64,000 nucleotides of DNA from Acidobacteria bacterium RIFCSPLOWO2_12_FULL_54_10 (lineage in GTDB: Bacteria; Acidobacteriota; Terriglobia; 2-12-FULL-54-10). The notes beneath the pieces were generated by a model. It ran no database searches, was not told the origin of the DNA, and saw nothing but the letters and a program-made list of their open reading frames with translations. Location of the stretch: NCBI GenBank assembly GCA_001767075.1, contig MEKX01000067.1:383-64382 (forward strand), in the 5' to 3' direction. Position 1 is the stretch's first letter; the number at the start of each line of letters is the position of its first letter. This document shows, piece by piece, positions 1 to 9,703 of this stretch. Made by a program: the position numbers and the translations under genes.

Positions 1-773
1 TTGATGCAAACAGCGATGGAGAATCCGCAGGCTTGTCTCAAAAAGCTGGTTCGGTTTGGTTTCTGGCTGGCGAAAAGGTCGCACAGCGCTTTGGCTGGAA
101 ACCAGGACAAACTGTGGCAGTTAATTACGGAGACAAGCAGTTATCTTTTCCGTTGACGGGCATTCTTTCGACAGGCGAGAGCGCGGATTCCCAAGTATTG
201 CTTCCGTTAAATCTTTTGCAGGACATGGCTCAGCAACAAAACCGCATGAGCCTGATACAGCTTGCAATTCCTGGCTCCTCGCAAGAGGTTGAACAGACAA
301 GACAGCTTCTAGCTAAATCAATATCGGGCGCTGAAATCCGCCCAATCCGCGAAATAGTGGAATCCGAGGGACGGGTTGTAATGAAGGTAAAAGGCTTGAT
401 GTTTGGGCTGACTGCAATTGTTTTGGGGATTGTAGTTTTGAGCGTCATGACAACCATCAGTCGAACGGTATTCGAGCGCCGCCATGATATTGGCGTCATG
501 AAAGCTATAGGGGGAAGCGATGCCGCGGTATCGCGCATATTTATCGCCCAATCCACACTTCTGGGCGTGATGGCTTCCATTCTCGGTTATCTCGCGGGAT
601 TCGGGTTGGCGCAATGGGCAGCGCTTCGCATTTTCCAATCGACGCTGATGTGGCGATGGGATGTATTTCCAGTGGTTCTTGCGATCACCCTGGTAATGTC
701 GCTGGCTGCAACGGCGCTTCCTGTTCATCGGATTCGCATGCTGAGTCCTGCTGTTGTTCTAAAAGGTGATTGA
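1..773 (+). CDS. ABC transporter permease, FtsX/MacB-like, 5'-truncated by window edge
   Basis: Frame is open to position 3 with no stop. C-terminal hydrophobic FtsX-like TM helices (GLMFGLTAIVLGIVVLSV, LLGVMASILGYLAGFGLAQW). The ATPase gene starts at 766 in the ATGA overlap. Confidence 0.7.
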   Translation, partial: DANSDGESAGLSQKAGSVWFLAGEKVAQRFGWKPGQTVAVNYGDKQLSFPLTGILSTGESADSQVLLPLNLLQDMAQQQNRMSLIQLAIPGSSQEVEQTRQLLAKSISGAEIRPIREIVESEGRVVMKVKGLMFGLTAIVLGIVVLSVMTTISRTVFERRHDIGVMKAIGGSDAAVSRIFIAQSTLLGVMASILGYLAGFGLAQWAALRIFQSTLMWRWDVFPVVLAITLVMSLAATALPVHRIRMLSPAVVLKGD

Positions 774-1917
774 GATGCCGGCACAAATGCAGATGCAAGA
801 CGTCGAAGATAAAACGTTTGTTCCAATGGACCCTGAGCAACCGATGATCTCAATAGAAAACGTGCGGAAGCAGTATAACGGCTCTGTGGTGGCGCTGGAT
901 GGCGTGAATCTGGCAGTTAAGCCCGGTGAGTGGGTGGCGATTATGGGGCCATCCGGATCAGGGAAATCGACGTTGCTGAATATCGTGGGGTGCCTTGATC
1001 TGCCGACCTCTGGCCGGGTAGTCATCGCAGGCACGGATACCAGCAGCCTAACTGGGCGTGAGCTGACCCGTTTTCGCGCTGAGACTGCCGGATTCATCTT
1101 CCAGCAATTTCATTTGATCCCCTATCTAACAGCGCTGGAAAACGTCATGATGGCGCAATACTTCCACAGCATGACCGACGAGCAGGAAGCCCGCAAAGCG
1201 CTCGATTTGGTGGGACTCAAAGACCGCAGCCATCATTTGCCATCACAACTATCCGGAGGCGAGCAACAACGCGTATCCATTGCACGCGCCCTCATTAACC
1301 AGCCTCGCATTCTGCTGGCCGATGAACCTACAGGAAATCTCGATGCGGAAAACGAAAGGATCGTGATGAGCTTGCTGCGGGAGCTGCACATGCAAGGAAA
1401 CACGATTCTTATGGTCACGCACGATCCTATCATAGGAGAGATGGCTGACCGAAAGATCGTCCTGGAGCACGGGCGCATCATTCACGCCCAGCACTATACT
1501 TTCGAAGAAGAGATTTTGTTTGATGAAGTATTAGAGCAGCTTTGGGTTTTCGAGGAAAGGGCGGAACACGCGACGCAAGACCAACTGCAATTTGAAGGCG
1601 GAGGCAATCTTAAACTACTGCCGGTCATGCAGGATATAGGCTTGTTGCATCGCAATGGAAAACAACTCGCTATGACGCTCGTGGGGCGAGAAAGGGCCGC
1701 CAGCCATGTCCGGCGGCACCGTCTCGCAGAATGTCTTTTCGCGGAAACAATTCATGTCAAGAATGATCGCGGGCTTAAGTCCAATGCGTGCACGTTCGAC
1801 CAATTACTCAGTTCGGAAATGACAGAAAAAATCTGCACATTTCTCAATCATCCATCACAATGTCCGCACGGAAACCTCATCCCGCCCGGTCCTTGCTGCT
1901 CCTACGCAAATACTTAG
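766..1917 (+). CDS. ABC transporter ATP-binding protein (MacB/LolD-like) with ~140-aa C-terminal extension
   Basis: Walker A GPSGSGKST, ABC signature LSGGEQQRVSIARAL, Walker B ILLADEPTGNLD, H-loop VTHD. The ABC domain ends near aa 245 and the ORF continues to 1917. Confidence 0.8.
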   Translation: MIEMPAQMQMQDVEDKTFVPMDPEQPMISIENVRKQYNGSVVALDGVNLAVKPGEWVAIMGPSGSGKSTLLNIVGCLDLPTSGRVVIAGTDTSSLTGRELTRFRAETAGFIFQQFHLIPYLTALENVMMAQYFHSMTDEQEARKALDLVGLKDRSHHLPSQLSGGEQQRVSIARALINQPRILLADEPTGNLDAENERIVMSLLRELHMQGNTILMVTHDPIIGEMADRKIVLEHGRIIHAQHYTFEEEILFDEVLEQLWVFEERAEHATQDQLQFEGGGNLKLLPVMQDIGLLHRNGKQLAMTLVGRERAASHVRRHRLAECLFAETIHVKNDRGLKSNACTFDQLLSSEMTEKICTFLNHPSQCPHGNLIPPGPCCSYANT

Positions 1918-1947
1918 CGCAAACTCGGATCGTCGAAACAGCCATCG

Positions 1948-2382
1948 TTATTGGGGACCTTCGACTTCAATCATATAGCCGTCCGGGTCCTTGACCATAA
2001 AGCTCCAACCGTAAGACTGCTCTTTGGGAGGATTGGCAATCGCCACGCCTGCAGCTTTTAGCTTGTCATATAGGGCCTGTACAGACGGAGGCTCGATCCC
2101 AATGACGATGGCTGGAGTTACCGGCACAGGGCCTTGGCCTTGCCACTTGCCAAACCAGAGCGCGCCGCCCTCAAACTCTACTACCTGACCGGGTCGCTCC
2201 TCGGTCAATTTCATGCCCATTTTGTCGCGATAAAAAAGCTTCGTCTTTTCGACATCAGACACTCGGATATGGATGTGCCGGACTTTCATTCCGCCGGCGC
2301 CTTGTTGCGCCTGGGAAATAACAATTGAAGCCGGAAACAGCAGTCCGGCGATGAGCAACAACCGCGTTAACATACGATACAC
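1948..2382 (-). CDS. VOC/glyoxalase-family protein with signal peptide
   Basis: N-terminal hydrophobic leader followed by a betaalphabetabetabeta-like sequence typical of glyoxalase/bleomycin-resistance fold (HIHIRVSDVEKTKLFY...DPDGYMIEV). Confidence 0.55.
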   Translation of the reverse strand: MYRMLTRLLLIAGLLFPASIVISQAQQGAGGMKVRHIHIRVSDVEKTKLFYRDKMGMKLTEERPGQVVEFEGGALWFGKWQGQGPVPVTPAIVIGIEPPSVQALYDKLKAAGVAIANPPKEQSYGWSFMVKDPDGYMIEVEGPQ

Positions 2383-2519
2383 CTCGTCATCTGGAATTTG
2401 ACTTACGGTACTTAAATGCTAAAAGGGGCAGATTGACTCGTGTGAATCTACCGCCTAAGCTCGCACCCTTCGCCTGCCTGCCAGCATACGGAAGCTCAAT
2501 TTATCTGTCAATGCAAAGT

Positions 2520-3965
2520 CTATTGAAGATCGGTGATTTTCTCAAGAATGCTAGGCTTTTCTTCTTCGATAGCTATTAGAGAATGACAAGTATTGCAGTC
2601 TTGAGTGAGGAAAGTATTGTTCTTGCCGACATGGCTGCCATCATGACATCGGAAGCATCCGGGAAAATCTTGATGGCTCAGGTTGTTGGGATAAGTACCC
2701 CAGCCGACTCTTCGTTCCGGAAATACGTTCCTGCGGTAAATATCCTGCGCAACGCTTGTGGCTAGCTCGACTGCGTCACGCTGCGTTTCCCAAACTTGCG
2801 GATAAGTTGTTTGATAATAGGTGGTCAATGATTTCACGATGGCATCAGCGCCTTCGCCCTGAGTTGCGTATGGTTGCATGAGAAATTCTTTGGCCTTCAT
2901 TTTCACGAAAGGCAAAGACGGCGCGATTTGCCCAGAAGACAAACCATTGTCCAATGCCTCTGCCGGTGATTCAAAAGCATGTGCCGGACGGTTATGGCAA
3001 TCGATGCAGTCCATCTTGCGCAACTGTCCCTTGGAAAAATCTCCATCCCAGTCCGGGGTTGCGTACTCTCGAACCTCGCCACCAGCTGTGCGATACCGCA
3101 CCCAAGGGATGGTTTGCCGGTGGTCATCTGTTGCGAGGTAAGTAATGTCATCGGCCAAATCTAAATGCGTGCTGTGCACTCCTCTCGAACGGCCGTTGCC
3201 GCCCCCGACATGCATCTGCAGAATCGTCCAGGTGAGGGTGTTTGCTTCGTCTTCCTGATACTTTTTTTTGACCTTGATGACGGAACCGACATAATGAGAC
3301 GGCTCGTGGCACTGCTGGCAGGTTTCATTGGATGGATGAAGATTTGCTAACTTGGTTTGAAGTGGCAGCGCATAGTTTCCTGAGGCAGTGGCAAACACTT
3401 TGCCAATGCCTGCCATTTTGTGTTGGAGATAGGTGGAAGTTTTAGATCCTATGTGGCACCGGATGCAATCCACATTGGCATGAGGCGATGAAGGATATGC
3501 CGCAAACTCCGGTTGCATGACCGTGTGACAAGCCTCGCCGCAAAAAGAGGCTGAATCCATGTACTGGATGCCCTGATAAGTTGCAAAAATAAAAATAAAT
3601 GCATTTAACATTGTCGCTAGCGCCAATAAACCTAATATCTTGCGCAGCTTCGGCACATTCAGATCAATCAGAGGATATTCGGAAGGTAACTTGCTTTCCT
3701 CAGTGGTTCGGCGGCGTTTCAACCAAATGCCGACGGGAATCAATATCAATCCGAAAACGAAAATGCCCGGCAATATAAGCGTGGTAAGGATCGTTATATA
3801 CGGATTCGCTTGATAGCCATATTCACCGGTAAGAAGGGATACGGCGATAGCAAAAAATGTGCTTGTCGTGAGCACAACGCCGATCAGGCTAATCGTGTTG
3901 CTGGCGAAAACCACGAAAGGCTTGATAATCCTGAATAGCCTATCCCAGAAGGCTTCATTGCCCAT
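2520..3965 (-). CDS. membrane-anchored multihaem c-type cytochrome (6 CxxCH)
   Basis: Three N-terminal hydrophobic helices, then six CxxCH motifs: CGEACH, CIRCH, CQQCH, CIDCH, CFRCH, CNTCH. Confidence 0.8.
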   Translation of the reverse strand: MGNEAFWDRLFRIIKPFVVFASNTISLIGVVLTTSTFFAIAVSLLTGEYGYQANPYITILTTLILPGIFVFGLILIPVGIWLKRRRTTEESKLPSEYPLIDLNVPKLRKILGLLALATMLNAFIFIFATYQGIQYMDSASFCGEACHTVMQPEFAAYPSSPHANVDCIRCHIGSKTSTYLQHKMAGIGKVFATASGNYALPLQTKLANLHPSNETCQQCHEPSHYVGSVIKVKKKYQEDEANTLTWTILQMHVGGGNGRSRGVHSTHLDLADDITYLATDDHRQTIPWVRYRTAGGEVREYATPDWDGDFSKGQLRKMDCIDCHNRPAHAFESPAEALDNGLSSGQIAPSLPFVKMKAKEFLMQPYATQGEGADAIVKSLTTYYQTTYPQVWETQRDAVELATSVAQDIYRRNVFPERRVGWGTYPNNLSHQDFPGCFRCHDGSHVGKNNTFLTQDCNTCHSLIAIEEEKPSILEKITDLQ

Positions 3966-4100
3966 GAATGCAATTATATGCCGGACCTATCGCGAGAAGA
4001 ATCAGCAAACATAAAAATATCGGCATAGTCCATTCATGCATCCGAGGCTGGAATCCGTAATTGACATTAATTCTATGATGCCGATAAGCTGTTTTGATCT

Positions 4101-4865
4101 ATGGTCGACATTCATTGCCACATATTGCCGCAATTGGACGACGGAGCTAAGGATTTAGTTACTTCACAACAAATGGCGGCAATGGCTCAGTCCGATGGGA
4201 TTACCCACATCGTAGCGACGCCGCATTCCAATTACCAGTACAAGTTCGACGCGGGTGTCAACGCTCAAAAGCGTGATGAACTGCAACAAACGATAGGCGG
4301 CTCGCCTGCCATTTTACTCGGTTGCGACTTCCATTTAAGCTTTGAAAATTTAGAGGACATTCGGGTCAACCCTGAGCGTTATACGCTGAATGGAAAACAG
4401 TACCTGTTGGTGGAATTCGCAGACATCAGCATCCCGCCGCATATGGACCAAATATTTTTCGACCTGCTCGGCCGGCGGCTTAACCCTATCATTACTCATC
4501 CGGAGCGCAATCCAATCCTTTCGCGTCAGCCAGAGCAAATTCGCAAATGGGTGGATCAGGGATGTTTTGTTCAAGTAACGGCAGCTTCATTTTTAGGGCG
4601 TTTCGGCAAGCAGGCGGAACAGTTAAGCCATATTCTGGTAAAGCACGGCTTGGTACATTTCATAGCCACCGATGCCCATAACACCATCTCTCGTCCACCG
4701 GTGCTTTCTGAAGCGAGGGAAGCTCTAAAAACCCTATATGGAGAGAAACTAGCTGACGCTCTCACAGAACTCAACCCGCGTGCAGCAATTGAAGGCAGAC
4801 AGCTCCCTTGGCAACCGCCCACGTTGCCCATAAAAGCCAAGCGCTGGTTTTCATTTGGCCGCTAA
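4101..4865 (+). CDS. CpsB/YwqE-like PHP-domain protein-tyrosine phosphatase
   Basis: N-terminal MVDIHCHILPQLDDGA motif and later His-rich motifs (ATPHSNYQY, ITHPERN, ATDAHN) match the Mn-dependent CpsB phosphatase family. Confidence 0.75.
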   Translation: MVDIHCHILPQLDDGAKDLVTSQQMAAMAQSDGITHIVATPHSNYQYKFDAGVNAQKRDELQQTIGGSPAILLGCDFHLSFENLEDIRVNPERYTLNGKQYLLVEFADISIPPHMDQIFFDLLGRRLNPIITHPERNPILSRQPEQIRKWVDQGCFVQVTAASFLGRFGKQAEQLSHILVKHGLVHFIATDAHNTISRPPVLSEAREALKTLYGEKLADALTELNPRAAIEGRQLPWQPPTLPIKAKRWFSFGR

Positions 4866-4973
4866 GCGTGCGATTTTGTTGATGTTGATCTTTTAGCCTA
4901 TATTAGCTATATTTAGGTTGTTTACTCCCCCCAAACCAGGCAGTCTTGCGGTCCCCTGCGGGCTGAAATCTAA

Positions 4974-6587
4974 ATGAGTGCATCGAAACCTACTGACGGT
5001 ATCCTTCCCAGGCAACAGGCTAACCTGCTCTCCGAACTCATCATCGCGGAAGGGTCACGGTTTCAGGGCGTGGTTTGTGCGAATCGGCTACAAGGCAAGA
5101 GCGACCTGTTGCGGCAAATCCGCGATCGACTTTTTGATGCAGCGGAAGGGCCGATCCCCATCCTTCATTCCTTTAATAATCACCGCACCAATGCGATTGA
5201 TGCACGATATTTCCTAGCTTCTTTCTGCAATCAAGTTCGCGCGTTTCTCCTGCGGAGAGAGGAATTGCTGGATGAGCAATCTTTGGATCTTGAGCATGAA
5301 ATAGATCGCCCAGGCATGCCGCTTTCCTTATCAGAACTTGTACAAACATTTTTGGCTTTACCTGAAGATGCAATGCTCGAATTCGCCGCCTCAGTTCCTT
5401 CGCAGTTCGCCAGTAAGGAAAAAAGGCCAATCTGCCTGTTGTTCGATGATACGGAAACGCTAAATATTAATTCTCCATTCTTGACCGCTCTGAAGCCTGC
5501 AATTCATCCATGGATACTGACAGGAAGACTTTCAGCAATGAAGAAAGTGGCTGCCCATTGTTCTTGGTCAATCATTCCATTAGAGAGTTTTTCCGCGCAG
5601 GAAGCGCTGCTCCTTGCTGAAATTAGATGCAGATTTCATGGCCTGAAGTATGAGCCGCAGCCATGGAAGGAGTGGATAGCAATTGCCGGCGCTTCACTCT
5701 GGCCCATCCAACAGCTAATCAGCGCAGCGGCAGTCCGGGGGCAGACGATCGATTCCACGAAGCAATTGGGCAACATTTACATCACTGAACTTTCAGGTGG
5801 AACTCTAGGGAACTTCTTTGCAGATCGGTGGCAGAGGGCCGTGCCTGACCGCAGGCAAAGGTTGAAGGCTTCGCATTATATGGCCAACCTGAGTTCCAGA
5901 GGCGATGTTGCGCCGGATTCTACAATCGTTGGTGAAAGCATCTGGGATGGCTTGATTGCAGAAGAGTGGGCAACGGAAGCTGCCGTACGTTTACAATTTG
6001 ATTTGAGTCTTCTGGAACGGGATTGGCTGCTATTTTCCCTGGCATCGGATTCAACGAGTGTTTCAAAAGAAAGAGCCCGTGCTCGCGCATTACAAGCATT
6101 TTTATATCGTGTTTTGCTCTGGCAGCGTCGTCTCGATCAACAGCCTTTAGCTATGATCCGAGAGCGCATTTCTGAGTTAGTTTTCCAGGGCTGGCCTAAA
6201 TCGACAGAAACAATTGACAGCAAGATTCATTTTCCGCGTATCAGTTCAATCGCCATGGAAAGCGCTGGCAATGCAGACTTGTTTTGGTGTTATGGATTTA
6301 AGACTCAAGAATCGGGAGACGGAGAAATCCCGATCGTAATGCTGATTGCCTTGTGCCTGGAGACTCCATCCGCCGAAATAGTGAGAATTTGGCACCGGCA
6401 GTTGCTTCAGGAATCACATAGCTTGGCATTAGATTCATCCTGTCCATCAGAATTGTGGACGATTGTACCGAATTCTTCATTGCCTGCATCGGAAAGCTTC
6501 GAACGACGATTTAGCTGGGACGAATTTGCGCTTTTCCTTGAATCGGGAAAACTTCCCAAGCAGGTATTATTCCCACCTTTTAATTAA
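4974..6587 (+). CDS. hypothetical protein, possible degenerate P-loop domain
   Basis: Long ORF with no transmembrane segment. Walker-A-like RLQGKSDLL and Walker-B/A'-like ICLLFDDTETL. Recognised only as an ORF. Confidence 0.45.
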   Translation: MSASKPTDGILPRQQANLLSELIIAEGSRFQGVVCANRLQGKSDLLRQIRDRLFDAAEGPIPILHSFNNHRTNAIDARYFLASFCNQVRAFLLRREELLDEQSLDLEHEIDRPGMPLSLSELVQTFLALPEDAMLEFAASVPSQFASKEKRPICLLFDDTETLNINSPFLTALKPAIHPWILTGRLSAMKKVAAHCSWSIIPLESFSAQEALLLAEIRCRFHGLKYEPQPWKEWIAIAGASLWPIQQLISAAAVRGQTIDSTKQLGNIYITELSGGTLGNFFADRWQRAVPDRRQRLKASHYMANLSSRGDVAPDSTIVGESIWDGLIAEEWATEAAVRLQFDLSLLERDWLLFSLASDSTSVSKERARARALQAFLYRVLLWQRRLDQQPLAMIRERISELVFQGWPKSTETIDSKIHFPRISSIAMESAGNADLFWCYGFKTQESGDGEIPIVMLIALCLETPSAEIVRIWHRQLLQESHSLALDSSCPSELWTIVPNSSLPASESFERRFSWDEFALFLESGKLPKQVLFPPFN

Positions 6588-6850
6588 AAGTAGAAGATTC
6601 GCAGCAGGAGAATTTCAGTTTGCATGATATTGGAGGTTGAAATAAGCATACATCCCAATACACAATCTATTGCTTTTCTCCGATTAACCGATATGATCTT
6701 ATGTTATTGATGTATAAAGCGATACATGATCTATAATATATCGGCGCTAGTAGTTAGCCAGCAAGGGTTATGTTATATTCGTTTATCAATTAATCGGTTA
6801 TTCATGCATCACAGGAAGCAAAATATTGGCAGCTACGAGGATAAATAACT

Positions 6851-7648
6851 TTGAAGCCGGATTCAACCTCTCAGAGTAACCCGTTTCGAAATAGGGTAGC
6901 TAGTGTTGAGAAGCGTGATTGGGAGCTCTGGTCATTAGCTGTGGTGTTAGTTTGCGCACTGGCCATCGGATTGTTCCTGATTCTACTGCCATCAGTTTTT
7001 ATGGGCCAGGACAAAATCTATGTCCAAGCTGAATTATCGCCTCAACTACTGTTGGGCTTGCTTGTTCTGGTCATGTTTTCTCTTGTCTATTTGATTCATA
7101 AGCAGTTTCAAGTTAGAAATCTTCGTTTGCAATCGATTCAAGATGCATGGAATTTCGAGCTAGGCCGTGTTCAAATGTTGATTGACCCGCTTACACAGGT
7201 ATTCAATCGAGCAGCCTTGGAGGAGATATTTAGCAAAGAGATTAATCGAGCTAAACGTAATCAATCTTCACTCTTTTTTTTATACATCGATGTGGATGAT
7301 TTCAAGCACGTCAACACAAAATATGGCCATCTTGCAGGGGATTTGGTCCTGACGGAAGTAGGAGCTATTCTAAAGCAGAGCATACGGGGGTCCGACTATG
7401 TCATACGAATGGGCGGTGACGAATTTTTATTGGCATTAGTGGATACAAATGATGAGGGTGCTCAAGTTGTGAAAAACCGTGTTCATCAAAGCGCAATAAA
7501 TTGGAGCCAGTCTTCTCCGTTAGCCGGATATAAACTGAGCTTGAGCATTGGAGTAAAGAAATTCGACGGAAGCATGTCGTTTGATAAAGCCATGGAAGAT
7601 GCCGATGCGCTGATGTACGCTGAAAAAGAAAAGCACCATTCCGATTAA
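6851..7648 (+). CDS. GGDEF-domain diguanylate cyclase with N-terminal TM segments
   Basis: Two hydrophobic helices followed by RMGGDEFLLAL (GGDEF active site) and upstream RxxD-like context. Confidence 0.8.
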   Translation: MKPDSTSQSNPFRNRVASVEKRDWELWSLAVVLVCALAIGLFLILLPSVFMGQDKIYVQAELSPQLLLGLLVLVMFSLVYLIHKQFQVRNLRLQSIQDAWNFELGRVQMLIDPLTQVFNRAALEEIFSKEINRAKRNQSSLFFLYIDVDDFKHVNTKYGHLAGDLVLTEVGAILKQSIRGSDYVIRMGGDEFLLALVDTNDEGAQVVKNRVHQSAINWSQSSPLAGYKLSLSIGVKKFDGSMSFDKAMEDADALMYAEKEKHHSD

Positions 7649-7685
7649 TCGCTTTGCAATTGACTTTTTTCACAGCTCCTCATAA

Positions 7686-8231
7686 TTATTTTGTAGTGAT
7701 ATTTCCTGGATTTTTAGTTTCCGCTAGGTTTCTGACCCACAGGACTACCTGCCATGCCTCTTCCGCGGATAGAACTTTTTCAAAAGACGGCATAGCTGTA
7801 TACCGCACTCCTTTAGAAATCACGAAATGAATCTGCCCATCCGTGAGATTGACTTCTAGGTTGCGAAGCGAGGGGACAGGCGGATAGAATTGCAGACCAA
7901 CCGCTGACTGCCCACTGCCATTGGACCCATGACAAAAGGCGCAATTAAGGTCATATGATTCCTCCCCTTTCGACAGATTCTCCTCAGTGGGGAGCAATGG
8001 GTTTTTCTCATTTGCTGCATCCTGGCGGCTCAGTCGCAAGATCCATCTTGCCATAGCTGTTTCTACTCTGCCCGGCTGTCCGGTTGCCGACCAATTCTCT
8101 TTAAGATACGACGTAATAGCAATTACTATGACAACAACAAGAAGTAGACCAATAGCAGCATAAATTTTTCTCATGTATGCGCACCCGCCCGTCAAAAAGG
8201 GAAGTAAAAGGGGGAAACCCCTATTTTTCAA
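7686..8231 (-). CDS. membrane-anchored monohaem cytochrome c
   Basis: TM helix AAIGLLLVVVIVIAITSYL and a single CAFCHG haem-binding motif. The true start may be the internal MRKIYAA. Confidence 0.65.
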   Translation of the reverse strand: MKNRGFPLLLPFLTGGCAYMRKIYAAIGLLLVVVIVIAITSYLKENWSATGQPGRVETAMARWILRLSRQDAANEKNPLLPTEENLSKGEESYDLNCAFCHGSNGSGQSAVGLQFYPPVPSLRNLEVNLTDGQIHFVISKGVRYTAMPSFEKVLSAEEAWQVVLWVRNLAETKNPGNITTK

Positions 8232-8406
8232 AAGATAACACGAATTATCAGATTTACCAATGCAAGCCGAAGGCTTTGAATTATTAACAATGTTGCAATC
8301 TGTAAGGGTGCACTTTCCTTTCGCTTAACTTGTGAATAGGGCGCAATATCAGTTACATTTCCGATTGGATGTTTTCATAGACAAAAGAATCGATCCAGGG
8401 AAGAAC

Positions 8407-9660
8407 ATGAGACGACGCCAAAATGGGATCGCGTATGCAGGGAATGCGCTCTATTGCGACAAAATCCCTTTGTCACAGATTGCGGAGCAAACAGGAACGC
8501 CGGTCTATATTTACAGCGCGAATCGAATCGCTGAACGCGTTGATCAATTCGAGACGGCCTTCGGTAGTTACCCACATTTGCTTTGCTATGCAGTCAAGGC
8601 TAATTCGAATATTGTCCTGCTGCGCCTGCTGGCTCGTCAAGGAACCGGATTCGACATCGTTTCCGGTGGGGAGCTGTATCGAGTTTTGAAGGCAGGAGGG
8701 CAACCATCCAAAACCGTATTTTCCGGGGTTGGCAAAACAGCCGAGGAAATTGATTATGCATTGAAATCGAATATAATGCTTTTCAATTGCGAATCCGAAA
8801 GTGAACTTCGCTTGCTGAATGATCGTGCTGTGCGAATGAAAATGCAAGCGAATGCTGCCCTACGCATTAATCCTGCCGTCAACGCAAAGACGCATCCCTA
8901 CATCGCCACTGGATTAAATGAACACAAATTTGGCATCAAGATGTCGATTGCCGAATGGTTATACCGCGAATGCAATAGCCTTCCGGGACTACGAATTATT
9001 GGCATCAGTTGCCATATAGGATCGCAGATTTGCAGTCTTACCCCTTTTTCCGAGGCTGTTCAAAAGCTTGTTGAAATGGCCACACGCCTGAGAAAAGATG
9101 GATTTACAGTGGAGTATTTGGATGCGGGCGGAGGACTTGCAGTTCCTTACCGAAAGGAAGATACCGCTCCAACTATTGGGGATTACACGCGCAACTTATT
9201 AAAATGCGTCAGAAACAGCGGATTGAAGCTGATCATCGAACCAGGAAGGTCTATCGTTGCGGATGCTGGCGTCCTGCTGACGCGAGTAATCCATGTGAAA
9301 TCCAATGGTAAAAAGAAATTCGTTATCGTGGATGCGGCAATGAACGATCTGATTCGCCCGTCGTTATACGGCGCTTACCATGAAATAAGACCAGTCGAGA
9401 GAATGAAATCTCCAATGCAAAAAGCGGATTTGGTTGGCCCTGTTTGCGAAACAGGGGATTTCTTTGCGCGGGACCGGCTGATTCCTAGCGTAAAGCCCGG
9501 AAATCTGTTGGCTATACTTACAGTCGGAGCATACGGATTTGTTCTGAGTTCAAACTATAACTCACGGCCGCGCCCTGTCGAAGTTATGGTCGAGGGTGAT
9601 CAATGGAAAGTCGTCCGCCAACGAGAGTCATTAAAGGATTTGCTGCGAGGAGAGGCCTGA
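8407..9660 (+). CDS. lysA: diaminopimelate decarboxylase
   Basis: PLP-fold type III decarboxylase sequence (YAVKANSN, GGGLAVPY, EPGRSIVA, CETGD). ATG at 8407 is preceded by AGGGA. The ORF track begins further upstream at a GTG. Confidence 0.85.
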   Translation: MRRRQNGIAYAGNALYCDKIPLSQIAEQTGTPVYIYSANRIAERVDQFETAFGSYPHLLCYAVKANSNIVLLRLLARQGTGFDIVSGGELYRVLKAGGQPSKTVFSGVGKTAEEIDYALKSNIMLFNCESESELRLLNDRAVRMKMQANAALRINPAVNAKTHPYIATGLNEHKFGIKMSIAEWLYRECNSLPGLRIIGISCHIGSQICSLTPFSEAVQKLVEMATRLRKDGFTVEYLDAGGGLAVPYRKEDTAPTIGDYTRNLLKCVRNSGLKLIIEPGRSIVADAGVLLTRVIHVKSNGKKKFVIVDAAMNDLIRPSLYGAYHEIRPVERMKSPMQKADLVGPVCETGDFFARDRLIPSVKPGNLLAILTVGAYGFVLSSNYNSRPRPVEVMVEGDQWKVVRQRESLKDLLRGEA

Positions 9661-9703
9661 GAGTCAATGCGGATTCCACCAACACGCCGTTTAACAATAA
9701 ATA

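Noticed and set aside
8332-8406. GTG-initiated 25-aa N-terminal extension of lysA
   Set aside because: LysA family proteins begin near the MRRRQNGIAY...PLSQIAEQ region. The ATG at 8407 has a better RBS.
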